Shown piece after piece: positions 14,762 to 31,262 of a stretch of 64,000 nt of DNA. The notes under the pieces were generated by a model. That model was not told the DNA's origin. It did not search any database and was given only the letters and a program-made list of their open reading frames with translations. A program made the position numbers and the translations under genes. Position 1 is the first letter of the stretch. Each line of letters opens with the position of its first letter. Origin of the DNA: the human T2T-CHM13v2.0 reference genome, Homo sapiens; NCBI RefSeq assembly GCF_009914755.1, contig NC_060932.1, one strand, 5' to 3'.

Positions 14762-15078
14762 CAGTCATGCACCACATAATGACATTTCAATCAATGTTGG
14801 ATCACATAGATGACTATTGTCCCATATACTGTAATACCATATTTTTATTGTACCTTTTCTGTATTTAGAAATGTTTAGATACACAAATATTTATCACTGT
14901 GTTACAACTGCCTACAGTATTCAGTACAGTGACATGCTATATATGTTATAGCCTAGGAGCAATAGGCTATAGTAGGCTGTACCATATAGGGCTGTGTAAG
15001 TACACTTGATAATGTTTGGATAATGACAAGATCACCAAATGATGCATTTCTCAGAATGTATCCTCATTCTTAAGAGAT
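14762..15078 (+). mobile_element. Tigger3a-like (MER7/Golem) Tc1-mariner-superfamily DNA transposon remnant
   Basis: TA followed by the cagtcatgc terminal repeat, then gatacacaaata...cctacagtattcagtacag...gcctaggagcaataggcta...gcatttctcagaatgtatcc. Confidence 0.85.
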
Positions 15079-15582
15079 AAATAAAAAATATAAATAAAAA
15101 TGTTTGGGCACATAATAGACAATACATCTTGCTTGAATTCGAATATTCTCTCAGCCTTAAAAATTTTTACAAATCCTCTTATCTGTTCTTTCTGTAATTA
15201 GAAGGAAACAGAATTTTCTGCCAGACTCTTTGCTAAGGACAGCTCTTTCATCATAACCAATACCTAGAACAGTGCCTGGTAACATGCTCACTAAGTACTA
15301 AATAACTTTTTATAAACTTTAAATTCTTTATAAACTTTAAATTTTTGCTTACTAAATTTAGTGAATGAAAAACTATCAGCTTAACATGAGGCCTAGCTAA
15401 GATTTCCTTTGCAAAAGCTAGATTTGTATATGTTTTCCAATGCCTGTTAGAACAAGGCACATGCAAAGCCCCTCAAAATTGAACTAATATAACCATGTTA
15501 AAGTATGTTCATTCAGATTAACCTCAATCCTGTTGGATGCTCCATGATTTAACGTGAGTGAATCTTAATGCTCTTTCTTAAG

Positions 15583-15900
15583 GTTTTTTGTTTCTTTTTT
15601 CTTTTTCTTTTTTTTTGAGACAGAGCCTTGTTCTGTCACCCAGCCTGAAGTGCAGTGGCATGATCTCAACCCACTGCAACCTCTGCCTTCCAGTTTCAAG
15701 CAATTCTCGTGCCTCAGCCACCCGAGTAAGCTGGGATTACAAGCGTGCACCACTATGACCAGCTAATTTTTTGTATTTTTAGTAGAGATGGGGTTTCGAC
15801 ATGTTGGCAAGGCTGGTCTCAAACTCCTGGCCTCAAGTGATCTGCCTGCCTCGGCCTCCCAAAATGCTGGGATTATCAGTATGAGCCACTGTGCCTGGCT
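15583..15900 (-). mobile_element. AluS-type element
   Basis: Alu consensus match with a T-rich tail. Confidence 0.93.
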
Positions 15901-16493
15901 AAGATTTTTGATTTCTTACATATAGTAGGGGCTCTGCTCAAGATGAATAAAGATAGATGAAATTCGGCATATCCAGGTGGACCTGATACCAAGATGGTGG
16001 GGTGTACAAGGACAAGCAGTGAAGTCCACAGACCCTGGGATTCAATTCCCAATTCTGTCTCTAACTTACTGGGCAACTTGTGGCAATATGCTTAAATTCA
16101 CTAGGTCCTAGTTTTCTTACTTATAAAAAGAAAATGTTGGATTCTATTTCCTTGAAAATACCTTTAATACTAAAATTGTATAACTCAACACAATATTTTA
16201 CTTCACTTTTATAAAAGCTTTCAAACATATTATTTCAACCCTGTAAGGTAGATTTCACCATTTCCATGTTAAAGATGAGCCAACTGAGTTTCAGAAGGTT
16301 ACTGACTTGCCTGTATTTTAAATCCTGATTCTAGAACTGAAAATTAAATATTGTGATTCCTGTTATGTCACCAAGACACAATTCAACTCAACTGCAAGCA
16401 CCAGAAAACTGTGTTAAAGAGAGTATGGTTTGCTAGACATTAAATAAGGTACCTACAATCAACTTTCATAAGTTATTTGTAGGGCTTTAATTC

Positions 16494-16860
16494 TGCTGAG
16501 GGCTGAATGTTTGTGCCCCCTAATATTTATATGTTGAAGCTTAATTCTTAATGTGATGATATTTGCAGGTGAGGTCTCTGTGGGATGATTAGGTCATGAG
16601 GGTGGAGTCCTCACAAATGGGAGCAGTGCTCTTATAAAAAGGACCCTAGAGAACTCTCTTGCCCTTCTTTCTGCCATGTGAAGACACAATGAGCAGAGGG
16701 CTATCTATGAATCAGGAAACAGTCTCTTGTCAGGCACCAAATCTGCTGGTGCCTTGATCTGGGACTCTCCAGCCTCTAGAACTATGAAAAATAAATGTCT
16801 GTTATTTAAGTCACCCAGTCAATGGTATTTTTGTCATAGCAGCCCAAATGGACTAAGACA
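16494..16860 (+). mobile_element. MLT1A-type MaLR solo LTR
   Basis: TG...CA termini (tgctgagggctgaatgtttgtg ... ggactaagaca) and an internal aataaa. 5-bp TSD aattc/aactc. Confidence 0.85.
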
Positions 16861-17005
16861 AACTCTAAAGACATATCTTTCTCATGTCACCTTAAAGATT
16901 ATAGGAGAGCTTTACATCCTTGGCATAAAGATACTCTTAACTTGTGTCTTCCTAATTATCCCTGCACCAATCATACACTCTTTTCTAGCTTTCAGATGTA
17001 GTTCA

Positions 17006-17332
<327 letters not shown>

Positions 17333-18199
17333 TTATCACATGATGACAAGTGGACTTCTGAGACAGAAAACACATACCCATTCTTTGAATCCCTAAACAT
17401 GTCATGAATGGTAATGATAATGATGATGATGATGACGATAACTATCACTTCTATGGTACTTGTTATATACCAGATATTGTTCTAAAGTGTTTTACAAGAA
17501 ATGCTTCATTTAGTCTTCATAAGGAGCCTACAAGGCAGGTTCTATTATTACTCCCATTTTACAGATGAGGAAACAAGGCACAGAGATACAGACATACAGA
17601 CATTGCTTGTCCAGTCTAACTCTAACATCAGACAGGTGAGTTAGAAAGAAGAACTAAATAATTAGATGGCAAGATAAGTTATTTACACATGATCTATATA
17701 TTATAAAGCTGCTTAACAATTTTAATCATTGGCTTAATCAGAACTGTATTTAATATTATCCCTTGACTCTGAGTCCAACAATAGACTGTTCTATATTTGT
17801 GCCCTATAAACCATATATATTTCAATCCTGTTAGAGCAAAATCTGAATTAATGGGGTGGTCAATCGTAACAGAAAACCCATAATTAATTTGAATTATTTC
17901 TCATCCTACTGTTTTTAAAATGTATTTATATACATATAGCATATATTTATAGGAAAAATCATTTGAGTGAATCAAATTCTTAGAGTGGTGGTGGCAGAAG
18001 CAATAGGAACAATGAACTTTCAAGAAGTGAAATCTTGAGACCAAGAATCAGTCAGCCTAAATGTTTATGCCTTGAGCATTTCCAAGCTATCCCTGAGATA
18101 GCAAAATTCCCTATTCTTTACTAAAAAGACTAAGGCAAGATTGGTGTGTTCACTAATGATAGAAGAGCAGGTATTTTGTTACTGGTTGAGTGGGGAATG

Positions 18200-19330
18200 T
18201 TAGCTATCTACCCTCACTAGTTTGGCAATCTTACTCCAGTCCCCTGGCTTTAAAGACCAAATATATGCAAACAACTGCCAAATTTGTATCTCCACCCCTG
18301 AGCTTTTTCCATATATCCTTTTGGATGTCTTAACATGTCCAAGACTGAACCTATATATTTTCCCTCATACTTGTTCCATCTGTAGTTTTCCTCATCTCTG
18401 TTGATCAGCCCTCTAATCTTCCAGTGTTTCAGGTCAAAAGACTTGGAGTCATCAAACTCTACATCCAGACTCTCTAGGCATCATGCTAAAGCATCTTCAA
18501 AATAATCTGATCACTACTTACCATGGCCACCATTCACTTCCTGGTCCCAGGATCCCACCATCTCTTGCCTAGATAATGTCAATCACTTCCTAATAGGGCT
18601 TCTGCTTCAACTCTGGGTCTGTTATAGCCTCTTCTCAACATAGAATCCACAGTGGATGCATAAAAGAAAAGCCGGATTTCTCCTCCCTGTTCAAACCCTG
18701 TCCTCCTCCCCTGTCACTTAGAGAAAAAGTCAAGTCTTCATGATGGACATCAAGGTCCTGCAGGATTTATCACTGTGTTAAAACTGCCTACAGTATTCGG
18801 TACAGTGACATGCTGTACATGTCACACCCTGTTCAAACCCTGCCCTCCTCCCATATCACTTAGAGAAAAAGTCAAGTCCTCATGATGGACATCAAGGTCG
18901 TGCATCCATGCCCCCTGACTTTTCTGACTTCCTGTCACCCATTCCACCCAGTCACAGTGGTCTCCTCGATGGTTCTCCAGTATTCTGCCTCAGGGCATTT
19001 ATTCTCGCTGTTCTCCTGCCACAACACTCTTGGTGCACATGTCCTCTTGACTTCCTGTCCTTCAAGTCTCTGCTCAAATCTCACCTGTGCAATCAGAATC
19101 ACCCTGGACACCCCCAATCTGCCCCATCTCCACCTTCAGCACCCTTGATCCTTTTCTACACTTTGTCTGTTATATCACTTATCTCCTTAATAAACTATGG
19201 AATTATTATGTAGACAGTCTTTCTTTGTTAGAATATAAGACCTGCATTGGCAAGGAATTTTTTCTGCTTTACTCAGTGATGAATCCCAAGCACCTAGAAC
19301 AGTGCCCTTGGGTGCTGACTTAGGTATTTA
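18200..19330 (+). mobile_element. L2 LINE remnant containing the duplication/insertion at 18685-18904
   Basis: L2 3' motifs, e.g. ccaaatttgtatctccaccc, ttggagtcatc, cccaagcacctagaacagtgcc. Confidence 0.7.
18685..18904 (+). repeat. 78-bp direct repeat (18685-18762 and 18827-18904) flanking a 62-bp Tigger3-derived insert
   Basis: Manual alignment gives 5 mismatches in 78 between the copies. The insert 18765-18826 matches 14889-14950 with 6 mismatches in 62. Confidence 0.92.
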
Positions 19331-19619
19331 CTTTTGTTGTTGTTATTCTAAATATTCAGTTACCTAATATGCCCTGAGAGTATTTTCACACTTCAGACCA
19401 ACTGAAAATGTTACTCTACCATAATTTCTGGAAATGAAACATGCCAAGAGGTTTCACTGGTTTCAAAAACACACATTTGACACATCAGCAAAACTTAAGC
19501 GGGGATACAGACTAATTTTCCTCAATGCTGTTAACAAGATTTGGCCTTAGTTCCTATTTATGCAGCAGCCAATATAAAAAGCTATGTAAAGTCTGTAAGA
19601 GACATGTCCAGATTCCTCA

Positions 19620-19811
<192 letters not shown>

Positions 19812-21120
19812 TCAACAGTGTTAACAAATGTCAACAAAACATTACCTTCTCCCCACTAATTCATAATGCAAAATCCGGGGACTCTGGCGAAACATTAATT
19901 CTATGTATTCATCAGCAAATTAAACTGACTGCTTGACATTTTGCCCCATAATTATGCACATTTTAATGTTTTCTGTTAAAGAAACTTCAGAGTAGTATGG
20001 AAATGAAAGGAAGAAAAAAATTTGCTGATATGCCCTTTAAAAATCCAGTCTGTTCAAGCTAAAACATAAGTTGAAAAAGCTTCTTTTCCCCCTTCCTCAA
20101 AGGTGCACGTGCCTTGATTCACGTGAGACACAAACACATCTGTTTTATAAATGAGAAATTTCCCATGTATATCCAAAGAATGAATATACAACATATATCA
20201 TACCCAGCATATATCAAAGCCAAAGTGCCTAAAATAAAAGCACCCTCTTAAGAGTAAGAGAAATAACTTTAAAAAAAAAACACCACAAGTTCTAACAGGA
20301 ATACAGAGCAGGTATCATAAAGAAAACATAATTCAGGCTTCTTAGGTTTGAAGATGCACAGTTTAAGAGACACTAGAAGAAAGCATCAACAGTGAAAATC
20401 ACTAAGAATAAGTGGGGACAAGAACAACTGAAGCCACAGAATTATTTTAAAGGAAATGCAGCTAAATGTCTCTCCGGTGCTTATAGTAGCCCAAAGCAGG
20501 TGCTTCTGAACCTGCTATAAACCAGCACTTATAGTTAGCAAGTGATCTGTTTTCAAATGCATAAACTCACTTCTGATTTCTATGATCATTTGATGAATGG
20601 TAAATCAAAATAATAAACAGAAAATAAAAATAACAAAAATAGTGACAGCAAACAATCATATAATGCTCATAATTGTGAAATGTTATAATACAACAGGTGC
20701 AGCTATAGGTGCTTATCCATTTTAACTCATTCCATCCTCACAATACCCCTATAAGGCAGGGGCTTTTACATTCTTCAGTTTACAGAAAGGGAAACTAAGA
20801 TATAAGTTCAAGTAATTTGCTGAGCTAATAAGTGGCAGAGCCAAGATTCAAACTCAGGCAGTCTGGTTTCAAATGTGCTACGTACTTTATCAAAACTTCT
20901 CTTTTGGCTCTGTTACTCCAGTGTTAAAAGCAATTTGTCTCTTATACACGCTATGATTCACCTCGTTATCTTTGCCGTATCTCTTCTGGATAAGCAATAC
21001 AAATGGAAATTTCATCTGTTTCGCAAATATTTTGAGTCCTGGCACTGTGATGGTAGCTGGGGGACGGAGGGATGCTGCTAGGTCCAGGTCCTGCCCTCTC
21101 AGAGGTTCCAAAGCAGGACC

Positions 21121-21617
21121 TGTGATGGTTAATTGTATGTGTCAATGTGAGTATACCATGAAGTGCCCAGATTAAAGATGATTTCTGGGTGTGTCTGTGA
21201 GGGTGTTTCTGGATGAGACTAACATTGGAATCCACGGGTTCAGTAAAGCAGACTGCCCTCGCCAGTGCAGATGGGCAATATCCAGTCAGTTCAGGGCCTG
21301 AATACAAAACAAAGGTGAAGGAAGGAGGAATTCCTCCCCTTTTTCTTTTTGCCTGCCGGCTGAGCTGGGACATCGAACTTCTATTGCCCTTGGACTGGGA
21401 TTTACATCATTGGCTCCCTGGTTCTCAGGCTGTAGGACTCTGTCTAGAATTACACCAGTAGCCTTCCTGGGTCTGTAGCCTGCAGACGGCAGATCATGGG
21501 ATTTCTCAGCCCCCAGGATTATGTGAGCCAATTACTCATAATAAATCTCTCTCTCAGTGTATGTATGTATGTATGTATGTATGTGCATGTGTGTAGGTAT
21601 ATATATGTGTGTGTGTG

Positions 21618-21659
<42 letters not shown>

Positions 21660-21698
21660 TGTTCTATTGATTCTGTTTGCCTGAAAAATCCTAATACA
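21121..21698 (+). mobile_element. MLT2 (ERVL) solo LTR with an internal (TATG)n/(TG)n/(TA)n microsatellite
   Basis: tgtgatggttaatt... start, gggtgtgtctgtgagggtgtttc motif, aataaatctc, and ...ctaataca end. Confidence 0.88.
21558..21655. repeat. Compound microsatellite ending in about (AT)16
   Basis: Read directly from the sequence. Confidence 0.95.
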
Positions 21699-21767
21699 CT
21701 GCCCTATCTTAAGATAAGGAAGACTTAAAAATATGGCTTGTTCCCCAAAACTATAACATCCACACGG

Positions 21768-22100
<333 letters not shown>

Positions 22101-23119
22101 TTAAGAAAGCTTGGTAGGGAGCACGTTATCTCAAAGTTAAAAGGTAGCAGGGGATGGTGAGCATCTGCTAGAAAATTGAAATTAGGTTGTGATTACCTAC
22201 ACCTTTTCACTAGTGGTCAATACTAATGGAGACAACTGATGGGACAGTATATTATGCAGCCTGTTGTCAAAGGATCAGCCTGGCCGTCAGCACTCTTTGG
22301 GGTTTTCTATCATTCTTTGAAAAGGAAACACATGCACTAGCAACTACTACAGAACCCAATGGGGTGTTCTCATCGCATGAATTTCTTACTATCTTAAGGC
22401 TGTTTCAAGTCATTTCAAAGGAACTCAAAAGTAAATTCAGATAAAACTATGATTCTTGTGATAGCTCTAATTTCATGCAGATTATTAACACATCAAAGAA
22501 GGCAAAGGTCAGTTTAAGGCCCTTTCTCTCAAAAACCAACATCTGTTTTCTTTTGAGCAGCGTCTGCAGCAATCCAGATAAATGTAAATAACTATAAACC
22601 AACTATAATGCCCTTTATAGGATGCTGTTTAAAAATCCATCCTTAATGCTGCAGAGAGACATTTAAACAATCTGAGATCCTTAGAGAGGAAAAGAAAAGT
22701 GAACCAACATCTATTCACCTAAAAAAAGAGAAAAGAGAAATCCTTGCCCAGGACCATTTTAGGCAACACAACCACTCCACTGATCAGCAGGCAAAAGCAA
22801 ACCAGACTGCCAGCCTCTTAGATTTACATATCATTTTCAACCCACGTTGACTTCTAATTACTTCACATACAACACATGTTCCTCCCAGCATGCATTGAGT
22901 GGTTGGAATTGCTATTCTTTGAAAAGAAATTCACCAGCATGAGGATGCATCACAGCAGTTGAAAGTTATTTCACCATAGGATAGGGAAAAACAATCCTAG
23001 AGTGAGACTAATTGCCTTGTGCCCAGGGAAAGATAGAGGATGAATCAATACTTCAGGTCATAGGATGATGATTAAGGTACATGCTGTAGTTGTCTTGACC
23101 ATTTGTTGCACCATGGCGG

Positions 23120-23600
23120 TGTGCTGCTTTGCCTGTGTTTGCCCTCCAAAATCCACTATCCACTCTTCTTGTCCTGCCCTGTGCCCTCAGATAATGGACC
23201 CCTATGGACTGCATCACCTGGTTCGGTTAGGTCAATGGGAGTCACCGGCAGGAAAATCGAGGCAGGATAGAGAGAGAGGTCAGTGTATCTCTTCTCTGCT
23301 CCCTCTCTCCTTTGCCATTAGAGTTCTGGCAGTAGCCACATCCTTCCATGATCATAGCACTTGTAGAGCAGCCTCTCCATCCTAGTGCCATCTCTCAGGG
23401 CCTTTGAAAGAAGGAGTTCCTTCTCTAACTCCTTCAGGCCAAAGGGAGGAGCTGCTTCCTGCTGTCATTACTCACCAGGTGCCTCATTCTCTCTTATGGG
23501 GTCTTTTAACCCCATCTACACCTCCCTAAGGAATCCAAAGTTCCTTCATTTGAATCATCTGATTTGAATTCAGTTTGTTGCCAGGACTCAGATGGATATA
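23120..23600 (+). mobile_element. LTR33-like ERVL LTR
   Basis: ctatggactgcatcacctgg...caatgggagtcaccggcagga...gttgccaggactcagatggatata resembles LTR33 as I recall it. Confidence 0.55.
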
Positions 23601-23979
23601 GCCTGGAACTGTGTAACTGAAGTACCTGGCATGGAGACCAGGACAAAGAAATCTCTCAATAAATACTTGTTGAATGAATGTGTTCCAGCTTCCCTTGCAG
23701 AAAGTGGCAGAAAAATGCAAGCCAGAGTGACCTGTACCCTGTATTCCATAGCTGTCTTTCCCTATGAATGTTAAGCTTATCAACATCCCTTCCTCCTGCC
23801 AACCTACACATGACACAATTGGCGGTGTGTCCACCTTTAATCCCCAAAGCATGCATCCCCCCACCCTGGCCCAACCACTCATTCAACAAGTATTTATAGA
23901 GCTTCGGCTGCATAGAAAGCATTTTAACAAGGTGAGGTCCAGGACATTTTGTCCTGGGATTATTTAGGTTGCCCTTTGA

Positions 23980-24326
<347 letters not shown>

Positions 24327-25029
24327 GCATCTGTGGAATTTCAAGGAGACACTGAGTTCACCTAGGCCAACATTGAGTCTTGGCTCTGTGGGCAGCAGGC
24401 CATTAGAACTAGATTGGTGTCCAGGAAAATGCAGGTTACACTGATGTTTACATTAAAAGGAAAATGATTGTGAACAAAAAGGAAAAAAGACAGGGAGAGG
24501 GAGGGGAAAGGCGTAAGTAGTTACGTCTCCATGCTTTTTAGTAGTTGCCATTAATAATGTATTTCTCATATACTCCATTTTTATATAGCTGTCTTTGGTC
24601 CTCTGCATGGTTTAAAGGAAGGTTTCAGAGATCAATACTCATTCGAGTTGTAAAAATTGGTTTTCTACCATATCTATCTTTCCTCCTCTCTCTCTCCTCC
24701 ACGCGCATTCTTTAGGCAATCTTATTTTTGGCACAACTACCTGAACATCTGAAATAGGAATCTCCATCACAACCTTGAAGTGAAACCGTTTGCTCTTGTA
24801 TAGGTGAAAGAAAATGAGCTCTTTAAACCAAGACAGAAAAGCTGCCTTTAGAGCTCCACATAGAGTCTCCTAACTGAGGCAATAGGATACGTGGAGAGGA
24901 ATGGGATTATCTCCTCCGGAAAGCATGGTTTCAACCTAATGCAGAACACGCACCCTCCCCCTTCCCCTCAGTTCTGCGCAACTGCTCACAACTGTGCTGT
25001 TTAAAAACAAAAAAGGAGGGCAGGCCTGG

Positions 25030-25125
25030 GAGGAGGGGTGAGGCCCAGTTATGCAAATGAGGAGCCAATTAGCAGAGACAACGAAGGGGAGATGCCCGCC
25101 TCAGAGTGCCAGGTGGCAGCAAGGT
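25030..25125. promoter_or_regulatory. Candidate intronic cis-element cluster (octamer, CCAAT, CTCF-like)
   Basis: ATGCAAAT at 25051-25058, CCAAT at 25065-25069 and CCAGGTGGCAGC at 25109-25120, all in non-repetitive sequence. Motif evidence only. Confidence 0.4.
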
Positions 25126-25269
25126 GCTAACAGGAATCGGGCTGATTAAAACCAGCGCTGTAGGAAGTTTTGAAAAATGTTTTCAACTTCTGCCAAGGCA
25201 CGGCTAAAAGAAGCATTAGCATCGTGCAACATGAGGTGACTGCCTGAACAGCCCACCTGCTGCTCCTCA

Positions 25270-25461
<192 letters not shown>

Positions 25462-26126
25462 TCACCTGCATAAAGAATGCGCTACTATCATGTCACCCCT
25501 CAACACCGAAGGAATCTCATTTCCCATCAATGCAGATGTATTTGTTCAACAATTATTGGGCACCTACTGTGTAGCAGACATCTTGCTTGTCAAAGAGGGT
25601 ACAAAGATAAATCAGACATGTTCCCTGTCTTTGAAGAGTTCATGGTCTGTAGAGGAGACCAAGAAGCAGATGACCAGTCTTTGCTTGATACAAAAAATGC
25701 CAGGAGACCACAGGATGGAGCAACTAGCTGTCTGGAAGAGCAGGTGAAGGCCTCATAGAAGAAGTGACATTTAAGCAGGACCCTGATGGGCAGAAAGAAT
25801 TCACCAGGTATAGATAGTAATGAAGTATTAAAGACAAGACTTGGCAGATGCAGAGGCACTGAGCAGAGAACCTGCATCCTGACACCCACTCTTCCCAACC
25901 GAAAGAGTGAATGGATGGAGAAGTGATTCCAAGTGTGGACACAAACCACGGGGAGAGCAGATCACTGTAGAAAGTGCTGCTTTTACAAATTACAAACATT
26001 TACAAATTAAAATATGTATTAGCACAGATTAGAAAAAATATATACACATATATTAGCAGCTACAGCAATCAAAGGTAATATTAAAGTTACAAATAACTTC
26101 ATTAAAATGAGAAGTATACTGATTTA

Positions 26127-26630
<504 letters not shown>

Positions 26631-28040
26631 CTACGTGTGCACACACAGTGGTGTGTGTGTGTGTGTGTGTGGTGGGGGCTTTGGAGATTATGGCATCAGC
26701 TGGAAAAATTGAGGGTGGAGAGGTTACCCTGTGATAGTCACAACTTAAACCTTTGTGTTGAATGTACCATAGAGGAACTAACCATAAGAATGCTGACACC
26801 ATAAGAATAACATTTTTTGAACATTTACTGTGTGCCAGGATATGTTGCAAGTCCTTCATATATATCATCGTGTTTCATCTTTATAACAACCCCATTTTAC
26901 AGGGAGGGAAACTGAGATACACAGGTTAAGTATCTTGCCCAAAACGGACCCAGGATTTTCCCCCAGATGGTGTGACTCTATAGAGCACCTTGGCCACCGG
27001 GCTGTATCTGAATGGAAAGGACCTCAAAAGTGAATTTAGGAACACATATGCCAATCATATGCTCATCACCTTCTTCCAGAAGTTATAGTAAGGATGATGA
27101 CATCCTCTCTGAATTCACACCTGCCATCAACTTTGAAGAGACAAAGGCCAGGGAAAGAAGCAACTTAACACTGCAGACAAAGGGAAAGAGGAAAAGGGAG
27201 GTACCTAGCCAGCTGCCAGAGCTGCAGTCTCCCCAAATCTGAGTACCCCTAGGAGCCAGCTCATCTGCAGGCCTCATCTCAAACTCGGTTTCTTTGCCGG
27301 CGAAGCTACCAGAGCACCTAGGACTTTAATGCATGGACAGTGGCCACTCTAACTCATCTCCAAGAGCTCAAGGGACATAGCTGTAGCACACATGGCTTCA
27401 GGGGTTGCTCCTACACATCTGTCAACTGGGTCAAGTTTTTTGTTGTTGTTGTTTTCTTTCTCAGGCTTTTGAAATAAAACACAAAGTGATCAGCAACCTC
27501 ATAGACACAGTGCTCAGAATTCTCAGCCTGAAGCAATCCTCCTGATACTGTTTACATGTCCACTGACTAACGCAGAAACCATTAGCTGCCAGCTTAGCAC
27601 TGCCCTGACCTTTCCCTTGTTAAGCCCACAGGGGAAAACTGCAAAGACAACGCCTATAAATTCAAAACAGAATTTTTCAGCCAAAGCAGCAAATATATTG
27701 CTTCTAAATTCATGGAGATAGAGATTTTAAAATGGAGAATGAGGAAGATGTAGGGCTTCTTCCTCATCATCTGCCCAACCACAGGTCTTAAAAGGATCTG
27801 TTTCCTTTTTTTCTGAACCTGTTTCATCAACAGAAGTAAAAAGCCCATAAGCCATCCATTTTCGAATTCTCATGCAGAAATGAGAGGCTTTTTTCAAACA
27901 CATTGCCTCAGCGACCTTCTTAAATGGATTAGCATGAGAGAAACCAATGTATTTACAAAGTTAAACCTGAGTGAACTGGGTTTTCCTTGTTAGTTCATTT
28001 AAGAAAGATTTAGCTACCATGTGAAAGCCCAACTCCTTTA

Positions 28041-28525
<485 letters not shown>

Positions 28526-29693
28526 TCAGTACATTTATTTATGTATCTCATATAATCTGATCTTTTTGGCTACCTTATTAGTTACATATTATGACTCTTT
28601 CCATTTATTGAAAGGGGGCATCGAGACACAGAGGATTAGCAACTTGCTTTAAGTCACACAAAAGTAATTTTGACTTTAGAGCCCATAATACAAATCATAA
28701 GATTATGATGCCTCCCAGAAGAGGAGCTAACATTTATTGAACCCTTGGTGCATGTATAATATGCATAGGACTAAGCACCTGATATGGAATGGTCTTATTT
28801 AACCCTCAAAATGGGCCCATGTCATAGCCCAGGTTTTCTAGAATACTGAGCCTGAAGCAAGACTTAAGTGCAAACGCTTCACTCTGAGGTGCAATCCCAG
28901 GGCACTGAGAGTCAGGGAAAAGACATAGGAAGCACCCAGCCCACTGGATTCAGTGCCCAAGGTGGAGGCAAGGACTGAACAAATGCCAGGGGCCTGAATA
29001 TAGATGCAGCTGGGAGGATCTGAGGCATCTTGTAAGAGACATCTGATAAAGCCCACGAGAAAGGTACTATTATTATCACCACCATTTTATAAAGAAAGAA
29101 ACGGGGAGTTTCTTTTCACTGAGAATGAAAATATAAAATCAATCAGTGAGTCAGAGCATGAAAATGCTATACTACCTAAAGAAATCAGAATGGCTCCCAG
29201 ACAGACTGGATTGTGTCTGAATATCCTGACATATCCAAAGAAAGACATTATCCACCAGAAGCAGAGCTGGTCTCCTTGACCCATGGAAGCATACAAAACA
29301 AAGAATCCCAAAGTTCAACATTAACTGCCTGCCTCTGAGTACTGTTCATGGCTTCAGGCATTGGAATTGGAACACTGCCATTCCTATGATGGGCTATTCT
29401 ATGGGGGGGATGGATATAAGGGCCTGCATGAAACTGTGCTTATGGTGAGATTGATTTGTGAGAGAGGCATGTGATTATTCCAACATCCACCTTTTCTCAT
29501 TAAATGCTTACCAAGCAGCTCTCTAACAAACAGGTTGTTTGACTCCAGCCTTATGAGAGCCATGGCTATATTTGTCACATTCCCCACTGTGTTCCAAGCC
29601 TGTTACAAGGAGCTCAGCACACAGTAGGCACTCATAAATGGAACTGAATAGATAATGCACTGATCATCTTGTCCTTGTGACAGTTACAATTGC

Positions 29694-29762
29694 ATTATGT
29701 CAAACCATATGAAATTGCCACTTTTGGTGAGTCGATGATGATATCAAATGGTTCAGCCTAAT
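29694..29762. mobile_element. MADE2-like mariner MITE remnant
   Basis: Imperfect terminal inverted repeats attatgtcaaaccatatgaaattgcc ... aaatggttcagcctaat. Confidence 0.7.
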
Positions 29763-30529
29763 AAACTGATTTTGTCATTCTGGCGCAAAGGTGTGAGCCA
29801 CTCTCTTATGACCTGACCCCTTGGGGACTGACAAGGAAAGTTTTTTAGATGGCACTGCTTCACCAATCTCAATTTCATTTAGTAGTGACTATTTCCTTCA
29901 CAATGCGTAAGATCTATAAGTAACAAGCAGAAGCTAGAGAAAAAAGAGCTAGCTGCTCTTTAGTAGAAGAAATTTCAAGGAGGAGGTAGCATGCAAACGG
30001 GGGCTTAAAGAATATATGGGAATGTTGACAAGCAGAGATGATGAGTTGAGGGGTGGTCAAGACTTACAAATGGCAAAGTCAAAATTAGAGGTAGGAAGAG
30101 ACACAGCGCAATTCAGCTAATTATAAATGATCAAATGTAGTAGGGGGCAGGGTCTGTAGGGGAAAGCAATGAGAGAAAAGATTGGAAGGCTGGCTAGGGC
30201 CAGGTTATACATGGCCTCAAATGTTAATTGGAAGCACTAGCAAATGGAGAAAAAGGCTGGGAGATGATCAGAAAGATAGTTCAGCTCTAGGCAAAGTGAA
30301 CTGGAGAACAGAAGAGAGGCCGGCTATGTAGCACTCATGAGAATCTTTACAGGCAGATGCCAAACAAAATTAAGGTGAAAATGTCCTTTTTAAAGTGAAT
30401 GGGAGAAAGAAACACCATTCTGATAGACATAGCTCATTCAGATTAATCAGCCAAGCAAACCATCACCACCACCATCAGCTTTATCTTCATCCTTGTCATT
30501 TACAGAAAGATAACTATTGCCAGCTCCTG

Positions 30530-30690
30530 ACTTTATTTAATCCTAACAGCAACCCTACAAGGTATATATTATTGTTTCCACTTTGTAGATGAGGAAACTG
30601 AGGCTCATAGAGGTTAAGTATACACACAAGGTCACAAAGCTATAAAAGAGTTGGTATCAAGACCCAGATTTCCCTGATTTGAAAGCCTAT
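30530..30690. mobile_element. MIR SINE
   Basis: tttaatcctaacagcaaccct...gatgaggaaactgaggctc. Confidence 0.8.
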
Positions 30691-30767
30691 TGTGGTCAAA
30701 TCTGAGAATATTCTGAGAAAAGTACAGTTTTAGAAAAAATAATCCAGGAACAGGGAGAAGATATCTA

Positions 30768-31262
<495 letters not shown>

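Noticed and set aside
15308-15345. Short tandem duplication tttataaactttaaatt x2, and similar 9-11-bp duplications near 2330 and 26781
   Set aside because: These are ordinary slippage duplications with no spacer structure; they are not CRISPR-like or otherwise array-like.
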